From the NCBI GenBank assembly GCA_019057795.1, contig JAHLWS010000021.1, forward strand, positions 40,260-104,259: DNA of 64,000 nt. Direction: 5' to 3'. The notes under the pieces were generated by a model. It searched no databases. It saw nothing but the letters and a program-made list of their open reading frames with translations, and was not told the origin of the DNA. This stretch comes from Promethearchaeota archaeon (GTDB lineage: Archaea; Asgardarchaeota; Lokiarchaeia; Sigyniarchaeales; SOKP01). A program made the translations under genes and the position numbers. Shown piece after piece: positions 60,383-64,000 of the stretch; position 1 is the first letter of the stretch; each line of letters opens with the position of its first letter.

Positions 60383-61687
60383 ATGAATAAAAAAAATGAC
60401 ATCGAAATGAGTCTACAAAGATGTTTAGCAAGTCGTAAGGACTGTTCAGGGGATGGTAGAACTTTATCAATGACTGAGATATTGGATATCTGTAAATCGA
60501 CCAACCAAGCAGCACCTTCAAAGTCTTTATTTGTAGTACTCCCCGATGGAGAGCACTATTCTGGTGGAATATATTCGTATAAAGAAGAACAGTTAGCGTT
60601 AATTTCTGATAAAGAAAAAACAAAATTTACTATGGAACTTTATCCCGAATTGTTTTGGAAGGAATCTATTGAATTCGAGGATTTAATTCGGGTAGGGATT
60701 ACATGGCAATATCTCTCATTAAAAGTGGATAGTATAGGGCTTGGTGTATCACAAAGGGCAAGAGCGCCTAAAAAATACAATAAACTCGTTAACAATTTAA
60801 CGAACCAAAAATATGCCTTTTTATATTCGGTAGCAGTTCGAGAGAGAGATAGGGCAGCCTTAGTAGAAGATACTGTAGAACCTCTTCAAAAAAAAGTAGA
60901 AGATGGCACGATCTTACTCGACACTCCAGCTTGCTACAAGGACCGCGCAATCTATAAGAATAAGTATAAAGGAATTCCAATAGATGACGTTATTTTTAAT
61001 CGGGTTGATGAAAAGGCACTAAATAATATGAATTTGCACCAAATCTCTCAACTACTTTGGGCTTGCCAAGGAGAAAACGATCATACGACGCATGGAAATC
61101 GTGATGCTTTAGAGAAAAATGGTTACGGTCGTGTTCATGCATCAGGATGTGCGGGATATGCAGTATATCCAATAGTTTATATAGAAGATCTTGCTAATGT
61201 CCCTAATGGATCATACCATTATAATCCAGTAGGATATTCTGCGTTAAATAGATGGATTAAGGTTAATGGAACCGTAACATATGATCATTTTATGCAAAAA
61301 TTTAGCTCTGAGACTTTTAGAGCTGAGATTGAAAAGGAGTTTGATACTAATTTCTCTAATTATGCCATATTATTATGTATTGATCGAAAAAAACCTTGCG
61401 CGGGATTAATGCACAGAGTTATGAATCTTAAATATTGGGCCGAAGTTGAGGCTGGAATGGCGGTAGCAGGGTTACAATTACAGGCAAATGCTCTAGGTTT
61501 GAAATGGAAAAAGAAAATATTATCAAATCCCGATAATCCCACATATAGAAAATTGTTCAATCTCAATTCTGCTGAACAGTCGATAAATAGTACGGCAAAA
61601 TTTTTAGTAAATCGGGCAAAAAATGAACGGATATCCCTTGAAGGAAATTTAATACCAATTGTATTATTTCATTTATTAGAGGGATAA
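60383..61687 (+). CDS. Nitroreductase-superfamily (SagB/ThcOx-like) protein, apparently with a degenerate N-terminal copy of the domain
   Basis: ISQLLWACQG, RVHASGCAGY, GSYHYNP and EAGMAV..LQLQANALGL resemble the SagB-family pattern LSQLLW.AQG / R..PS.G..YP / G.YHY.P / EAG.....L.A.ALGL. Confidence 0.65.
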   Translation: MNKKNDIEMSLQRCLASRKDCSGDGRTLSMTEILDICKSTNQAAPSKSLFVVLPDGEHYSGGIYSYKEEQLALISDKEKTKFTMELYPELFWKESIEFEDLIRVGITWQYLSLKVDSIGLGVSQRARAPKKYNKLVNNLTNQKYAFLYSVAVRERDRAALVEDTVEPLQKKVEDGTILLDTPACYKDRAIYKNKYKGIPIDDVIFNRVDEKALNNMNLHQISQLLWACQGENDHTTHGNRDALEKNGYGRVHASGCAGYAVYPIVYIEDLANVPNGSYHYNPVGYSALNRWIKVNGTVTYDHFMQKFSSETFRAEIEKEFDTNFSNYAILLCIDRKKPCAGLMHRVMNLKYWAEVEAGMAVAGLQLQANALGLKWKKKILSNPDNPTYRKLFNLNSAEQSINSTAKFLVNRAKNERISLEGNLIPIVLFHLLEG

Positions 61688-61689
61688 AA

Positions 61690-62337
61690 TTGGATATTGT
61701 ACTTATCGGTGCATTATTATTTTTAGTTAATATGTTTTTATCTATATCAATAGCTTTACTTATAGTTAATAAGCTTTACATTTCCAAGAAAATCTCTAAA
61801 GAAAAAGACTTTCACTTATATAACGACTTATTTTCATGGGAAATCTTCTTTTTTATAATAACTTTTGAAAATCTTATGAAAATTTTCTCAGTCTCTTTAT
61901 CAATAGATCATGTTACTTACGATTTTCTACTTAGAATCAGAATTTTACTGTTGTTCTTTCCCTTTTGGAACAAAATCATACATTTGGAGAAAGTAATGAA
62001 TAAGATTACTTATGAAAGACATTATTTTGCGGGAATAATCCCATTAATTATAATACTTATTTTAAGTTTCACAGGTCTGCCAAATATAATATTAATATGT
62101 ATTTTGACTATCACATCATTCGTTCCTTATTTATTATTCCTTATACTTTTAAAAAATACAGGAACACCAAAACAGAAATCTTTGAAAGTGATTTCAGGTG
62201 TAATTCTTATTGGATTGGGAATCATTTTTAGATCAGATATATTTTTAATAAATCTAATGAATATCACTTCACCTATAATATTAATAATAGGAACGATGCT
62301 TATTTTCGATAGTTTCCGCAAAGAAATATTTGTTTGA
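61690..62337 (+). CDS. Multi-pass membrane protein
   Basis: Several hydrophobic helices; starts 2 nt after the upstream stop. Confidence 0.7.
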   Translation: MDIVLIGALLFLVNMFLSISIALLIVNKLYISKKISKEKDFHLYNDLFSWEIFFFIITFENLMKIFSVSLSIDHVTYDFLLRIRILLLFFPFWNKIIHLEKVMNKITYERHYFAGIIPLIIILILSFTGLPNIILICILTITSFVPYLLFLILLKNTGTPKQKSLKVISGVILIGLGIIFRSDIFLINLMNITSPIILIIGTMLIFDSFRKEIFV

Positions 62338-62383
62338 TAATACAGAAGATCGAAGAAATTAAGGTAATTAACTATTAAAAATC

Positions 62384-62611
62384 TTAAATCTCAATATAAT
62401 TTCTATTGATGATCTCATCCTTTAATTGGGGATTTAAATCGTTAAAATATGCACTATATCCAGATACTCGCACTATAAGATTTGGATGGAGATTAGGATT
62501 ATCTATAGCTTCAATTATATTTAATAGAGCTGTGGGGCCATTGCTATCCATACCATTAACGGGGGCGACTCCAGACGCAAAATTTTAACCCTTTCGTCTT
62601 CCATGGGGTAA
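62384..62611 (-). pseudogene. C-terminal remnant of a glycyl-radical enzyme (PFL family)
   Basis: Manual translation LPHGRRKG*NFASGVAPVNGMDSNGPTALLNIIEAIDNPNLHPNLIVRVSGYSAYFNDLNPQLKDEIINRNYIEI*; contains the RVSGY glycyl-radical motif. Confidence 0.85.
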
Positions 62612-62882
62612 TATATTAGAACTAATATGTAGTTTTTTTTATTATCTTCCTAAGGTTTCATTACAATTCTAAGAGATTTCTCAAGATTTTCATCACATAA
62701 AACTTCATTCTTATATAGATTAAAAAAACCGAAATGTGATTTAAAAAAATATTTTAAATAAATGGAAAATATAGATTAATTCCTATACTTTGTGTATGGA
62801 TGAGTAAAAAAAAAAGTTTTCGTTTAATGGTATCACGTAGATATTACAGCTTATTATAACAAAGTTTGCTGCTTTTGAATTC

Positions 62883-64000
62883 ATGGACTTTAGTAGATGC
62901 GTCAAAAAAGAAATCGTGAAGATCTCTGCCGATCAATATGCACCAAAAGCGTGCCCATCTTGCGGAAGTTGTGAAATTACAATAAGAACAAGCCATAAAA
63001 GGATAATATCCGAGCTTGGAAATATCAGTACCGAATTATATATAGAACTTCATGTAGCTACCTTTGAATGTGAGAATTGCGGGGCTAAATACACGCCAGA
63101 ACATAAAGATTACCCCAAAGGATACCTATATTCAAGAAGCGTAATTCAAACTGCCCTGTCTCTCCATTTTCAGGATAACGTCTCGGGAAACAAAATTGCT
63201 GCTCAGCTTGCGAAATATTTTAACGTTCAGATACCCCCTAAGACGATTTATTCGTGGATTAATGCTTTAACTGAAGATTTCATGAAAAGCGAATTTAAAA
63301 ACGATCCTGAGAAGGCATTAGAAGCGTATAAAGCACTTACAATCGATGGAACTGGTTTTAGTTTAGGAAATAAACTGTTAGGAAAAAAAAAAAAATGTGC
63401 CCTTAGCATCGGCAGTCAAGTTGTCAAACGGAATATTCTTGTTGACCTGGTGGGAATAGAAGACTTTGAGAATGGCTGTCGTTCTTTAATCGCTGTAAGA
63501 AAAAAAGCACCCATTAACCCTTATATTATCACGTGCGATTTTAGTCCCGCGTTAATCGCCGCAATCAAAGCGATTTTTCCGGAATCTGCCGTTCAAATCG
63601 ACGGCTTTCACGTAATGCAAGAACTCAATAACGGAATAAGACGAGATTTCAAATATTACAGGGCTAAGCGTTATCGCGATGAAATAAAGGAATTATTAGG
63701 GCTTCGTTCCTACCTTAACGATCTCCAAGAGAAGCGTAAACACGCCGACCTCCTCGCCCCTGAAAGCATTCCTCCTTTAAAAAAGATTACCCCTTCCCAT
63801 TCAGGAGCAAAGAAGTGTAGCGAAGTCATAAAACAGCTCCTTTTTCTTTTAACCACGCGGGATCCTCGCTCTTTTTTTATTGCTTTTGACGTGGAGCTTA
63901 AAAAGCTTTTAAAAGAATACGGCGAAATATTAAAGGAATTTTGCGATACGTTACGCTCTAAGTTTCCAAAACGGAAGTTTACAATCAAAGGACGCAATCG
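62883..64000 (+). mobile_element. ISL3-family-like transposase, runs off the right edge
   Basis: Open frame from ATG 62883 to the window end: CPSCG...CENCG zinc finger, an HTH-like segment, LTIDG, and TCDFSPALIAAIKAIFPESAVQIDGFHVMQ. Confidence 0.8.

Noticed and set aside
62770-62882. Left terminal inverted repeat of the IS element
   Set aside because: It cannot be defined without the right end, which lies outside the window.
62406-63997. Track ORFs 62406-62588 (+) and 63710-63997 (-)
   Set aside because: They are antisense shadows of the glycyl-radical remnant and of the transposase.

Overview
AT-rich archaeal chromosome segment, most likely from a Lokiarchaeia/Promethearchaeota (Asgard) organism. 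This is inferred from the archaeal-type LeuRS, two Rab-like small GTPases, longin-like domains, TPR and LRR proteins, and the many acyl-CoA genes. It encodes central and fatty-acid metabolism (lpdA, glycerate kinase, ADP-forming acyl-CoA ligases, thiolases, crotonase, methylmalonyl-CoA mutase, a 2-oxoacid:ferredoxin oxidoreductase operon), two toxin-antitoxin pairs, two PAS histidine kinases and an ISL3-like transposase at the right edge. No tRNA, rRNA or CRISPR array was recognised. The main observations are: (1) an unannotated 28-codon Leu-rich leader peptide followed by alternative hairpins and a U-tract directly upstream of leuS, a candidate leader-peptide attenuator in an archaeon; (2) a circularly permuted PorB whose TPP-binding motif is split between the two termini; (3) a GIY-YIG endonuclease-like gene sitting inside the por operon; (4) a cluster of a mu-homology-like protein, an FG-GAP propeller protein and a longin-like protein; (5) several hidden disruptions and gene-end remnants (in-frame TGA in thiC, two poly-A frameshifts, displaced copies of the porB and acetoacetate-CoA ligase 3' regions, a glycyl-radical remnant). 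All family assignments come from motif recognition by eye; no searches were run.
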